Notes: generated by a model not told the origin, from the sequence alone. A DNA stretch of 50,999 bases from Catajapyx aquilonaris (GCA_000934665.2 JYFJ02000720.1:62001-112999), one strand, 5' to 3'; shown: positions 1-11,264, counted from the first letter of the stretch. Numbers and translations are program-made.

Positions 1-1330
1 GGTCTGGGCGCCTCAGGATGCTGCAGGGTGGCCCTTAGATATCAGCGGACAAAAGACGAGACTTGATGTATGTACTGGACATTCTGGGTCATAAGTCAGT
101 ACAGAAAGAGGCGAACGAACTTTTACTCTGAACCTTTTTTTTAGGAAATTCGATAGATCGGTATACTGTACGACTAACAAAGGGAATCTGTCTAACTCAG
201 CACATAGTCCACTATTGTAAACGAGGAAGTGCCAAATCTGAAGCTCCACTTAGTGAATGAAAAACCTTAGCTAAATCCTACAATTCCGGATGAGTGAAGC
301 CACTAATACGCCCACATCCAGCCACCCTCATCCATCTTGGCAAAACAGGCCACTTATACACACTTCCTAGATATTAATTTTCCTGCAGTATTCTCACACT
401 TGGTTACGATTTATCCTTCCTAAAATTTCAAGTACCTATTTGGGCGTGACCTAAGCTGTATTTCACGCAATTTTGCTCGTTAGTCAAAGGTTTGCCAGAC
501 TCACATGTGGACCGGAGAGATAGTGTTATTCTCATCTTTTTGGAGCCAAAAAATGTGAATTAGTGCAGGAATTGGAGCGTCTGCTAAAAAAAATCTATAC
601 CCTATAGTATACTGGCCTTTTTTGGGCTCGAATTTAGAGCCTCTGGAACGCACGGGAGTCAAAGGTTATTATTGGAAGCTCGCTTTGCCCCGAGTTATGG
701 AGCTTCGGAGCTCTTCATCATGTTGTCTGGAGCTTTATATCATGCGCAAGATTGCCAGTACAATGCATCGGGGGAAAAAGGTGTCTGCTTCGAGCCAAAG
801 AATTGAGATGGAATCAGTCGCTCTTGTGACGTGCAGATATATCCAATTTTGAATAAGTCACCCTATTCAAAAAAAAAAAGGTCGAATGGAAAAGGAGATA
901 TTCATGAAATTTCGCAATTGTTGGCTCCTATACATATGTGAAGGTTGAATTGACTGAATTACTTCCGGTTGCGTCGTTCATATGTGCAATACAAACGTTG
1001 CGATGCAAGACTAACGAGCGCTGCTATATACAGTGCAGTGAGTGTACAATGCATTAGAGTGCTGTTATTAACGGAGGAAAATTCGCCTTGTCTGGAACCA
1101 ATACTTATTTTATACTCAGCCTGCGTGAAACTGCGAGTATGCCTAATTTTGTAATCAATGGATAGCTAATTGAATTACTTGCTCTAGCGAACTGCATTAT
1201 TTACATTATTTTCTGATGTAGGGGGCCTAAATAAATTCTACTTTGAAGAAAAGATGACCAACTGGTTAATGGTCAGCTGGATAAACAAACATAATTTATT
1301 CAAAATTTGCGTCAGAATTGAGGAACCTAC

Positions 1331-1489
1331 CTGAAAAGTAATGTTTGCTTTAATATTGGAGGAAAAACGGAAGAAGGTCTTTCCTTTTCCTTTTCTTCCA
1401 AAGGAAACTTTAGTCGATACTATTTGAAAAGGACCGACTTGCGGGTTTTGGCTGCAATTCCACGGATCGCACAGAAGTGGCAGCACTGC
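1331..1489 (-). other. Candidate internal exon (159 nt) of the divergent minus-strand transcript
   Basis: The minus strand reads atttccatgttattAG|GCAGTG...TTTTCAG|GTAGGT. It is open only in phase 0 and has a stop in the phase that would follow exon 3973-4036. Confidence 0.3.
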
Positions 1490-1706
1490 CTAATAACATG
1501 GAAATATCAAATTAACATACTCGACACTAATGCTATTTCTCCCTGAGTCGTTTCCTAAAACAAATTAGGAGCAACTGAACAAAAGGACACGAAAAATTGA
1601 ATTACTTCCAATAGTTCAACTCAAGGCATAAGATTAAAGTGTCAGCGTGGACATAATTATTAGCAAAAATTAAGTGGCTATTAACTATACCGGTAATTAT
1701 TAACTA

Positions 1707-2975
1707 CTAGCAGGGGACCCGTTCTTCGCACGGGGTTTGATAAATGAAAAAAGCAGCGAGAACAGAGAAGTTTCTAGATCCTGCATAATTATGAATTTAT
1801 TCAGTATTCCTCTCGGAGCTTTGGCCCACGGACAATATTCGCCCCCATTGTGGTATAGATGGTACGGGTATGCAGTAAGAATGAAATACACGGAAATACA
1901 CTACTTCATGTAAGCTTAATCCATATGCGACTAGTCCTAGGGGCCATTGTGTGGTAGGCCTATGAGTTGTATTTGAAAACAATAAGCAAAAGTTTTTTCG
2001 TTCCCTCCTCACGCCTCGGTTAGCGGAATCGACGCATATGCAGTGAAACCTGTGCATTATAGAATCGGACGGGACCCTAAAGTTTGTTTTTTTTCGGAAT
2101 GGATAGGTTTCCCCTATATTATCAGATCAAGGACGTTACTGATATTTTTTTCTGCAGTGCTAGAGAGAGCGGAAAATGTGGAGATCAAAAATGAGCACCT
2201 TACCTCAATATGGTGCAAAATCAGTCCATACAGTAGCATTTTTGTGGAATAGGATGTTTTACCCTACGGTTTTATCTGGCGTGCAGCACATGTTAAAAAT
2301 AATAAGAGGCTGTTGAAAATGCTCTCTTCTTCCAATATTCTACTTCGAGATTCACGACACTTGCATCACCACGCATTGTTTTCCATGAAATTATGTGCCT
2401 ATTGCGGAAACTTTCCAGCCACCCATTTGAAGTTCACTAAAACTATAGATGATGGATACGTTGAATTTACGGCGATAGGAAGTGTATAAGAAAAGAAAGG
2501 CGCAAGGCACGTTGCTAAACTCAGCAGCTGCCATCACAGGAGGAAGTAAGCAAGTCATTGTTTGAAAGTGGTTTGAAATAATATCATGCAATTTTTCAAC
2601 AATGCCTTAATTGTTTACTTCCTGCTGTGGCAGCCGATGAGTTTAGCAACGTGCTGGATTTGAAATAGTTATATGAATAATGCCATATCCAAAGGAACTG
2701 GAGAACTGATATATATTGAGAGGATGGAAACTTCCTCTAGCAACGTACACAACAGGGCAGTACTTCAGTATGGCCACTAAAGTGCAATAAATTACGAAAA
2801 TTTGTTCATAACTCACTTTGTTGCCAAATATTCAGTGTTTTCAGAATTTTCCTGGAATCACCGAAATGTAAGACATGTGTGTCCCCAGTTTCAGCTCTCT
2901 CAGCAGAGGTGTGGAAGTGGATCCGAGAAGTGGGACAAACATACGTACAAACTCTGAGATTTATATTAATAAAGA
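1707..2975 (-). mobile_element. Non-autonomous Helitron-like element (Lep1-like architecture), copy 1
   Basis: On the minus strand it starts A^TC (2976/2975) and ends CTAG^T (1707/1706). A subterminal hairpin CCCGT/ACGGG lies at 1718-1734, and there is no TSD. The terminal ACTAGCAGGGGACCCGTTCTTCG is identical at 26834-26856. The other end shares agtttcag.ctctca...ggaagt...acatac..acaa...agatt with copy 2. Confidence 0.75.
2507..2654. repeat. Long imperfect palindrome inside Helitron copy 1
   Basis: GCACGTTGCTAAACTCA pairs perfectly with TGAGTTTAGCAACGTGC. Pairing continues inward (gctgcca/tggcagc, aggaagtaagcaa/ttgtttacttcct, cattgtt/aacaatg). Confidence 0.85.
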
Positions 2976-3972
2976 TTGTTTATTAATGTTAATGACCGGT
3001 TTGCCCAATTTAATTTACAACCAACTTAAGTTTATTTTCTAGTCTATTTGCACACTTTTGCTCAGATGCTCCACAACTACAAACCTTGCACTACTGGAGT
3101 GCCACGCTCGCGGGAAAAGCACGTACACGTACTTGTAGCCTAAACGAGCGGCATAACTAGATATAACACATCACAAATGCCGTCAGAAACGCAGCCACAC
3201 ACTCACGCAAATGACCACACCGGGGCTAAAGTTACATAAACGTCGGGAAAAGCCAGACCAAAACATGGTTTAATATGAACCAAACCGACGAGAAATCATG
3301 CACAAAAAAGGTGCGAAAAATGAAATCACGTTGTACTATCAGATTAACCGAACTAATATTGGGATATGTATAATTTCAAGTATTACCTTTAAGCTAAAAA
3401 TATTTTTATATCAGACAGAGATTTCTCTATCAGGCTGATTTGATCAGGCATTCGTTTAACCTGAAGCACGGAAGACTAATGCAAGTTTCTCCATCAGTTT
3501 CTCCAACCTTAAGATAAATGAAGCCAAGCCTCTCTCCTTTCCTTTCCTTCCTTCCTTCCTTGCCGCAGTATAGCAGCATAGGAAATGGACCCGGTCCAAT
3601 ATCCCCCCGCGTGTGGAGGTTCGTGCACCCTTTGGCAGCACATGGACATCACCCAAGCAACGGCATGCACCGAAAGTGGAATCAATGTTTTGGAAAAGAG
3701 GCAGTGTTTGGACTCACCCAAAGTGGTGAAGAAGGCCAGGGAGAACAGGATCGGAGGCACGGGGATCCTCGTTCCCATCGCATCTCTCTCTTCTTCCCCA
3801 AGTCTTTCTCTCTGGTTCTTCCCTTTTCTGGTTCTGCCTTTTGTCCCCCTACCCCGCCGACAGACTTCCTTCCTCGACGCCCGCCGACGGTCTTCTCCAC
3901 CGTCGGCCCGATCGGTCGACGGTTCCCTATCCAAACAGGCAAGTCGAACGTCCCGCCTCTGCACGACCACAC

Positions 3973-4036
3973 CTGAAGCTTGCCAGTTCAGCCACGCGCC
4001 ACTAGATGGTGCGGACGAGCCGGGAGTCACCGCCAT
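3973..4036 (-). CDS. Candidate first exon (coding or uORF) of a divergent gene: MAVTPGSSAPSSGAWLNWQAS, then CAG|GTGTGG
   Basis: ATG in good context (acagATGG) at the edge of the CpG island, followed by a phase-1 donor. No homology recognised, so it may be 5' UTR. Confidence 0.3.
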
Positions 4037-4039
4037 CTG

Positions 4040-4240
4040 TCATCGACCGGACAAACCACCGTACTTAACCGTAAATAATTAAACAGCAATTAAACACAAA
4101 CCGTCTGATTATCCTTAACGAACTAATTAATAAATTTGGGATTAAATTTAAAACACATTTAAATGGCAGCAGCAGCAGCGCCAGGGCGGGGTTGATTGCA
4201 ACCAGTGGATGCGACCAATTTGCGGTCGCTTTATAGACTT
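4040..4240. promoter_or_regulatory. Probable bidirectional promoter between PLGRKT and a divergent minus-strand transcript
   Basis: CpG-rich surroundings, an AT-rich spacer (about 4075-4160), a GC box GGGCGGGG near 4184-4191, and a CCAAT inside the GCGACC...GGTCGC dyad near 4211-4229. Splice donors point outward on both strands. Confidence 0.5.
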
Positions 4241-4332
4241 TCTTTTTTGTACATAATTTATTCTGTGCGCCGTAGTTTGTACATATTTATTTAAAGTTGC
4301 ATGTGACGGGCAGGCAAGGCCTGACCAGCTCT
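4230..4332 (+). other. PLGRKT: Probable non-coding 5' exon of PLGRKT (5' boundary approximate)
   Basis: A consensus donor GTAAGT at 4333-4338 lies downstream of the GC-box/CCAAT region. An unpaired acceptor at 5590-5591 precedes the ATG and needs an upstream exon. Confidence 0.55.
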
Positions 4333-5594
4333 GTAAGTTTTATGGCTGCGTGTGTCCTGGCCCCAGTTGTGTGGGATTTTGTTTACATGTAGTGGGGGGG
4401 TGTAAACAGCCTTGTTTATGACAGGTTTATTTTGAGACAGATTTGACAGGTTTTGCATAATCGCATGGGGTTTAATTGGATCGGCTGGTTGGGGTGCGGG
4501 GGAGGGACGGGCGACATGTGGGGACACATTGGAAGCAATGCTGGGGGGGGCATCGCATTATTGCCAGGAGATGATGGGCGTTGGGGTTGCTTGCTCCAAC
4601 CTTTTAACCGGCCGTTCAGAGCTAACCATGGTTTATGTTAACTGCAGAGTTAGCTGTTGTATGCATACAAACTCTGTAGTTACCATTAACTAGTGTTGAT
4701 GCAACCAGTCCATAAACTAATGTCTGGTTATTGCCTGTTAGAAGGTTGGAGAGACCTGGCAGTCATTTAACCTTATGTGAATAAGTTGAATCGAATGGGG
4801 GTCAAATTTAATTGGTGCATATTGACTTCACACATGCCAAACTCTGTTTCACCGCTGGAGTGTTTAAAAATGTGTCGCTGATGGACGCTAGATTATTTTA
4901 CTTACTATGAAACATGCATGCACTTGCAGTTGAAATTTATTTATCAAAATTATATTGGGAGGGTGAGTTTATGGCAGTGTGTGTGTTTGCCAACCTTTGC
5001 ACCTCCTTTCCTCAATTTGTTGCTCATAACCTAGTAGTAAAATGCATTACGTGATCTCAATATTGAGAAATGTGAAGGGAAATCAATTCCTGTTGCGTTG
5101 CTAAAAATGTGTGTTGTATAATGTGCTCAACTTGATTAGAGGATAGATACGTCAATATTAATCAGCCAAGTAGTTTTAGTAGCGAAAATTTGTAATTTAA
5201 AAATGTGGCGTATGAAGGTATAATTACTCAAGCAATCTATATGTGCACTTGAAATGGAATGGATAACCTGATATGGCATTTCTTAAAATAAACTATTAAA
5301 ATCAATAACTCGGTACAAGACAGTGAAATCAATATAGGCATGTCTGGAAATTCAGGCATGAGTTTCCTTGCTTAGACAACTAATCAGCTAATCATGTCTA
5401 GTGCTGTTCGGCCAGGTTAGCTTGCTTAGTCTGGTGCTTCCTGCCCTTAGGCTTGATTACTACTGTATGTCTGTATTTTGAGAAGACGTCATACACTGGG
5501 CACAAATACTTGAGTGGTGATACCCTGAGCAGATCTTTCTCTAACCTTTTCTAGTGTAAACCTTGTTTTAATTTTCACCTTCTGTTGACAGAGG

Positions 5595-5916
5595 ATGGGA
5601 GGAAGTGTAAGTCGAGCCATGGAGGACAACATGCGGCGCAACCATGAGCTCATGCAGGAGATGAATCGCATCCAGCTTGAGCGTCAGATCCAGATGCAGA
5701 ATCAGATGCGCGAGAGGCTCATGTCGATGCAGGTTGCCAGAGCCAGGGAGCTCTTCTACTGGCTGAGTGCCTTCTACGTGCTCTCCGCCTTTGGGATGCT
5801 GGCAGGATACAGGCGCACTCGCAAGCCAGGGGTGCTGGCTCCCATGCTGCCTCTCACCTTCGTGGTTGCCTATCAAGCAGACATGGCTTATGGGAGCAAG
5901 TTGCACCGGATCAGAG
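5595..5916 (+). CDS. PLGRKT: Plasminogen receptor (KT)-like protein, coding exon 1 (MGGSVSRAMEDNMRRN...YGSKLHRIR, phase-1 end)
   Basis: The translation matches PLGRKT family motifs recalled from the human protein (QLERQ..MQ..MRER.M.MQ.A..RE, hydrophobic segments, KP..L.P..PL.F...YQ.D..YG..L.R). A pyrimidine tract and AG acceptor at 5590-5591 lie just before the ATG. The donor G|GTTAGG starts at 5917. Confidence 0.95.
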
Positions 5917-6166
5917 GTTAGGCTCGGAAGAGTTATTCATCTGTCCCGAGTGTAGGTTTGGTCTTGATAAGTTGAATGGTTTTCTGAAGCTAGTTGAAGA
6001 CAGTCCAAAACCATTTTCTGCTTTCAAGAAGAGTTATTTGAACTGCAGTTGTGTCTCAATTATTCAGCATAAGAAAGACCAAGATGTTTAGTTTGATTTA
6101 TTGGAAGAAATCAAGGGAGAGAGAGAAGTCATGCAACTTTACATGAATTCTTTACCATTTTAACAG

Positions 6167-6309
6167 CTGAAGCGGAAAACATACTACAGTATGAAGCCGA
6201 CCTCCTGCTGACCCCCTGTGGACTACCAACTGCATCAAGCATAGACCAGGCACGTTTGCAGCAGGAGGAAAGTAAGAAACTACATGCCTCTGCCCCCACC
6301 ATTTACTGA
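6167..6309 (+). CDS. PLGRKT: PLGRKT coding exon 2 (AEAENILQYEADLLLTPCGLPTASSIDQARLQQEESKKLHASAPTIY*)
   Basis: Acceptor ttaccattttaacAG ends at 6166. The phase-1 join continues the frame into EAENIL...P.G..T..SI..AR, matching the family C-terminal part (human EAEDIL...LPRG.IT..SIEKAR). Stop TGA at 6307-6309. Spliced CDS is 465 nt, 154 aa. Confidence 0.93.
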
Positions 6310-8248
6310 GATCATGTGTGAACTTGTATTGCGAGTGACAATAACCCTTCCCTGTCTGTCCCTTCCATTTTCGTCCTAGATATTCCCCTAGAAAGTAAAG
6401 GTTGGAATTTGTGCCACTAAAATAATTTCATTCCTCGAGCCTTTAACGAAACAAAACTGTTATTGTTACTCAGAAAGGTTTTGTTGTCTGTTTAAAATCT
6501 CGTCTTCCCAACCCTTGTTGTAGAGTTTATTGTCACTATAGCTTTAAACTCCTCAAGTCCTCCCCTTGAATTAAATAGATAAGTGAATGTTAAAAATGAA
6601 AAACGGGTGAGAAACAGCAAGTACAAAGCAGCTCTGAGGAATGTAAAATCCACCCCCTCCCGCAATGTTCTCCTAACAAGGTTCTAGATTGGTTGTGACT
6701 CCTCGTTATGCCACTTTGTATGGCTCAACTGTTGAGTTCCGCAACCTGTTGCAGATTTTATGTTGTGTGGCAGTTTCTGTTGTTCATAGTTTATTCTTTT
6801 ATGACTTTATTTTGATGATTGCAGTGCCAACTAGAAAGTTCCTGGTAGGCACCAGCTTTTGAGATATATAAGTATTAAGTCACTTCCAACTCTGTCATCC
6901 CATTGTATTGTAGGTAGAGTATTGTGAATCACCACAGTATATTTTGAAGTCATGATAATTTTAAGAAAGCACGTAACTCATTCTTAAATTAAGGCACCTT
7001 TTTGCATGCTATTTAGGAGTAGTCTTACACTCCTGATTCTCATTCTTGTTAGACTTTAAAACTTTTTGAGATTCTTCCACAATAATGATAGCTATTCTAG
7101 ATGTAACGTCCAGCGTACATGCGAGAGTGTCCATCTTAAATCGGGCAGAGAGTGCGATGACATGACTGTAATGACTAGCATTTCCTTGCCTGAATTGAAA
7201 TGGAAGTCGACCATGTGGACAAACTACCCACCGGGTAACGTAGTGTATGAGCAATACCTTTGCAATATTGTATATTACGTTTACATGCCTACTAAGCTGC
7301 ACTGGGACCAAAAAAAGGAAGGATAATCAGTTGCGCTTATGGGCTACGTCAAGTGTTACTTTTTAAATTGGAGTGTGTTGATGTAACAATGTTTCAGGGG
7401 CATCCCTGCACCCTCATAAGGAGATTTGAGGCCCAAATGTGACGAAGGGAATCTCTACCATGAACAGATGTATGTTGTTGTTTTTATCATTAAAATTTGC
7501 AATGTCTTGCATTTCTTTTTTTAAAGAAAAAAAAAAAGAGAGAACACAGCTTTATTGTCTCAAGTTCACTGCTGATGTGGGCTAAGTGATTCAGGATGTC
7601 ATTTCTGCATGCCAATTATCTGGAGAAAAAATAGCATATTTGTCACTCAACATTTCAATCTACCAGTTGTGTAACATGTGTATGTTGCAATGTGTACAAC
7701 ACTGTCAATTTTACCTACTAACAAGTGAGCATTGTTAAACTGTTGTTACTATTCTTATCACGTTAGTTGTTCTTGAAGAGTGCACTTAAGCCACTTGCAG
7801 CGAATGTGATGTGTGCTGGAGAACTATTCTCAGTCTTGTCAGTTGTGACTTAAAAATTGAGGTTGTGTGGTGGCAAGAAAGGCTGACTAGATACAATGTA
7901 GTCCAGGCATATCACACACGTAGTCACGTATCAAAGCTGTTAGTTGCAAGTCACTTATTTGTGTGTGGTTTTGTCTGCTTGGGTTGTTCAAAAGGTAATT
8001 GCATAGTATGTCCTATGCATGTGGTGCATGTCTTGCCACACTGCTGCACAAGTAATCATTGCTGGAATGCAGCTTCTGTAGTAACCAAGTCTACTATGAA
8101 GAAAGTCGCACAATGATTTTAGGTAGTCAGTGTAGGTATGCATTTTTTTTAAATTGCAAGGGCTTTGTCAAAGCTCAAAGTGTGTGTGTTGCAATAAAAT
8201 CATGTGATTGTCAGTGCAGACTAATGCTCATTCTTTTGTTGAAAATAG

Positions 8249-8339
8249 ATAACGGGACACACAAGACACACCCCATAAAGCCACACGACAGAACTTGTTC
8301 TTGAGCAGCTTCATCGCCAACGCCATCGCAGAGTGGAGG
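8249..8339 (+). other. Candidate alternative or 3' exon of PLGRKT
   Basis: Branch-point-like CTAAT at 8221, a pyrimidine tract, AG at 8247-8248 and donor GTAAGC at 8340. Several CpGs are retained in a CpG-poor background. All three frames contain a stop. Confidence 0.4.
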
Positions 8340-9556
8340 GTAAGCCAGGTTTTTACACTGGAGGCAGGGCCACTTAAATGCCCTGGTTTGTTCCTAATTT
8401 TCCAACACGATTAAACTGCCTACTGCCAGTCAGATGTAAAAAGACTATGAATGGTGTTTACTTTATTTTTCTCATGTGAAGAAAATGTCTGTATATGAGC
8501 TGATAACCAGTATTACTTCATGGTAGATCCAAAAAGATATGGTGTACACATATGTAACAGTGTACAGATACAAAAGCACCACAGTAATGTGAATAGCAAT
8601 GCACTGTGACATTTGCTCTTTTAAAATTATATCAATTGTTTTCATCTCTCCACTTACCGTTGCTGTCATGCCTAATGGCACATCCATCAGTGTGAATCAT
8701 GCATCACATTCCTCCTTCCTGCAAGGGTGATTTGCATGTATCAGATTATCATTCTCTATCTCACATTATACCTGCACTACATGACAAATTCTTTCAGGCC
8801 ATACTGATTCTGGCACACTACACTCTCTCTAACAAGGTGATGGTTTCCCCCCCCCCCCCACCACCCCNCCCCTCAAATTTCACCTTCCTTGTAATAATTG
8901 TGTAGCTCCAAGACATGGTTATATGGTTATCTGAAATTTAATAGGCATGTAGAGTACAGATTCTTACTGACTTCCGCTTAATTATTAATATAGGCATATT
9001 ACAGTTCACAATCACTTCTAGTCAGTACCCACAATATTGTTACCTTAAAACCACCATTCACAATCCCAGAGATATAATAAGAATATCTTCTGTGTAATTC
9101 AGACCACTTATAAAAGATACTACTGCACATCAGCTGCTTTTTAGGAACTGCACTATGATGCTGTACAATTACAAGTTTGGGTGACATAAAAATGCAAAAC
9201 TAATGGTGGCATTTGTTGAAAGTGCTATTATTCTCTTCAAATGTACAACATGCTATCAATACTTGTCAAGTCCCATGTCTGCAACAAGCAGCAACATTAT
9301 AAACCGAAAGTACCATACCAGAGGACATGACAAGCTTCAGAAGGGTATATGCATATATACCAAATAAGATTTTTCTGCTGTCAAGGTCATCCATGTGATA
9401 TGAGTATTTATGAAAGAAGACTAGAGTATGTCCTGCACTCTTATGTGGGAATGATAATATTGCTGTATCATGTATCATACCAACCATTGGTTAGTAAATA
9501 GAAGTCACTCAGACTGCAGTATACCCTAAGGCAGATCAAACTATGATAACTATAAT

Positions 9557-9907
9557 TGTTTTTTTGTTTTTTTTATTTACCCCGTGATACAGCCTCTTGG
9601 TTGTTATAGGGGGGTGGCAGACCACCATACAGTTTTCTAATTAATTTTTCTTCGGTCACCGGTGCAAGGAATACTAGGAAATTGGGTAGGGGTTGGGGGG
9701 TTTGGGAGGGGACACATGTGCAGGTGCATTGTCCAGCGGTGGGCCAGGTGCAGTCCCCCAGGAGGTCAGGTTGCCAAGACGCCTCCTTAGGCGCGGGTCA
9801 CGACCCATTGACGCAAGCGAAAGGTTTGCTCCCGGGTGGGGATTTGAACCCGGGACCTTTCGCATAGCAAGCCGAGACGTTACCATCTCGGCCACCGTGC
9901 CTCCCCC
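9557..9907 (-). mobile_element. tRNA-derived SINE, full length (about 350 bp)
   Basis: The minus strand has A box TGGCCGAGATGG, B box GGTTCAAATCC and a tRNA-like head without a proper acceptor stem. It continues with a body, a 3' stem-loop and an A-rich tail (AAATAAAAAAAACAAAAAAAACAA). An exact 16-bp direct repeat CTATGATAACTATAAT flanks it at 9541-9556 and 9908-9923. Confidence 0.93.
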
Positions 9908-9963
9908 CTATGATAACTATAATGAGTATTACCTGTGATGCAAAGAATTCTACAAAACACTGC

Positions 9964-10057
9964 CAAGTGGCACACATGCTGTCACAGGTGGAAGCATGAG
10001 TTAACATGAGTTGATTGAGGCACAGCTCCACCTGCACCAGTTGCCTGCCACTGCTTG
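9964..10057. repeat. Degenerate inverted repeat (old MITE remnant?)
   Basis: Nested complementary blocks gtggca/tgccac and caggtgga/tccacctg. Confidence 0.45.
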
Positions 10058-11258
10058 CAAGACAGTTTTATGCACTATTGTACTATGGTATGTCAAACTG
10101 TATTATTTTTGTGCATTTACCTCAAATACAGAGACGCATTCAAGTTTCAGCCAGGGCACCTGGAAGTTACCAACCAAACTGGGCATCACAGGCAGGTGTA
10201 GTTGTTCAGTTATTTTTTATTATATTATTTATGGAAACATGTTCAGGAGGTCTTGGTTGGTAAAAGGTTGGAAACCACAGATATATGCTATTAAAGCATG
10301 TAGGCTGAGATTGTTAGAAATTCTAACAGGAGATCATTAATTTGGATTATGGCACTCTGTGATTTTCTAATTATTCACGTGTCCTACAGAGTAGTCATGA
10401 GACATCTTCATTGGTCAAGAACCTACAACTTGTAGGGTATTGCACTTATGGTGCACTACTGTCATTGAGAAACTGCAAGTCAATTCCATACCCATTCTGA
10501 TTGCTACTGTTCAGCAAATATTGTCGTTACAGTTTTGCTGCAGAGTCGCGTTCTATATAAATTTTTTAACAATTTTCCTACTCGCCGGGACTTTTGTCCT
10601 TATTCTGTTGGGCAATTCAACTGCATGCAACTGAAAGGCTGAAGCTCAGGAGTTTCTCCTGAAAATTATATTACCCCATTGACTCAAGTACGTGCAAGTA
10701 GGCCAACCCTTTGATGGACAAGACCCCAATATCAGATTCTGTTATGCATTGTTTGCAAATGTCGCATGCTTTTTGCATTTTACGCAGTATTAAAGGCCCT
10801 GATCTTCCCAAAGTGTAGTACTTTTAGTGACCAAGGTACCGTACTACATAATGTCTGTCAGTTGCCAATTATTAACTCAATAACATTCTAAAAATTGCTG
10901 GGAAAAAATAATGTCCAGCAGCATTGTATACTGTACATGTAAAAATACTGGTTATTTCTGAATATTCGTAGTGCTGACTAAAAACACTATCATTGTAAGT
11001 CTGTAAGAAATCCGGCATGCTACAGTTAGATTCCTGTAAAACACTTTTTCTGTAAATGCAAAGTGACACAACAACAGGGTTTTCCCCCACACACTGACCA
11101 AAAATCATTTGTTACTAATGTACAATGTACAAAACAGCATGGTTTTTTATAATCCCATGTGTGGGATTGCTCTAGCAAATATGTGGTGGTGTTAGAAAAA
11201 ACAAAAAAAATTCTGCATAGGTCAGTTTCTTTCTGCAACAAAACTTATTCCTGGGTGC

Positions 11259-11264
11259 AATAAA
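11259..11264 (+). terminator. Candidate distal polyadenylation signal
   Basis: AATAAA followed by GT/T-rich sequence, close to where the strongest CpG depletion ends. Confidence 0.35.

Noticed and set aside
13..150. Minus-strand FLKKRFRVKVRSPLS...YDPE resembles the AUU-initiated uCC uORF of AZIN/ODC mRNAs
   Set aside because: The nearby ATT is out of frame (ATT TCC TAA) and the diagnostic C-terminal PPW..PS motif is missing. Revisit only if the gene left of the window is an ODC homologue.
430..866. Possible degraded mariner-like element ending GTCACCCTAT
   Set aside because: Only one imperfect TIR-like end and no matching partner.
3456..4082. Stack of overlapping 96-175 aa ORFs on both strands
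   Set aside because: These arise from a GC-rich island with pyrimidine/purine skew and show no family motif. Only the first 21 codons before a donor are kept as a candidate.
5568..5955. Antisense and alternative-frame ORFs over PLGRKT exon 1
   Set aside because: They are shadow ORFs of the real coding exon.
6307..6320. TGA stop of PLGRKT as selenocysteine or readthrough
   Set aside because: Another in-frame TGA follows three codons later, family homology is already complete, and I saw no SECIS.
9826..9907. Functional tRNA gene (Ala/Ser-like)
   Set aside because: The acceptor and anticodon stems do not pair properly, and the body, A-tail and TSD show it is a SINE head.
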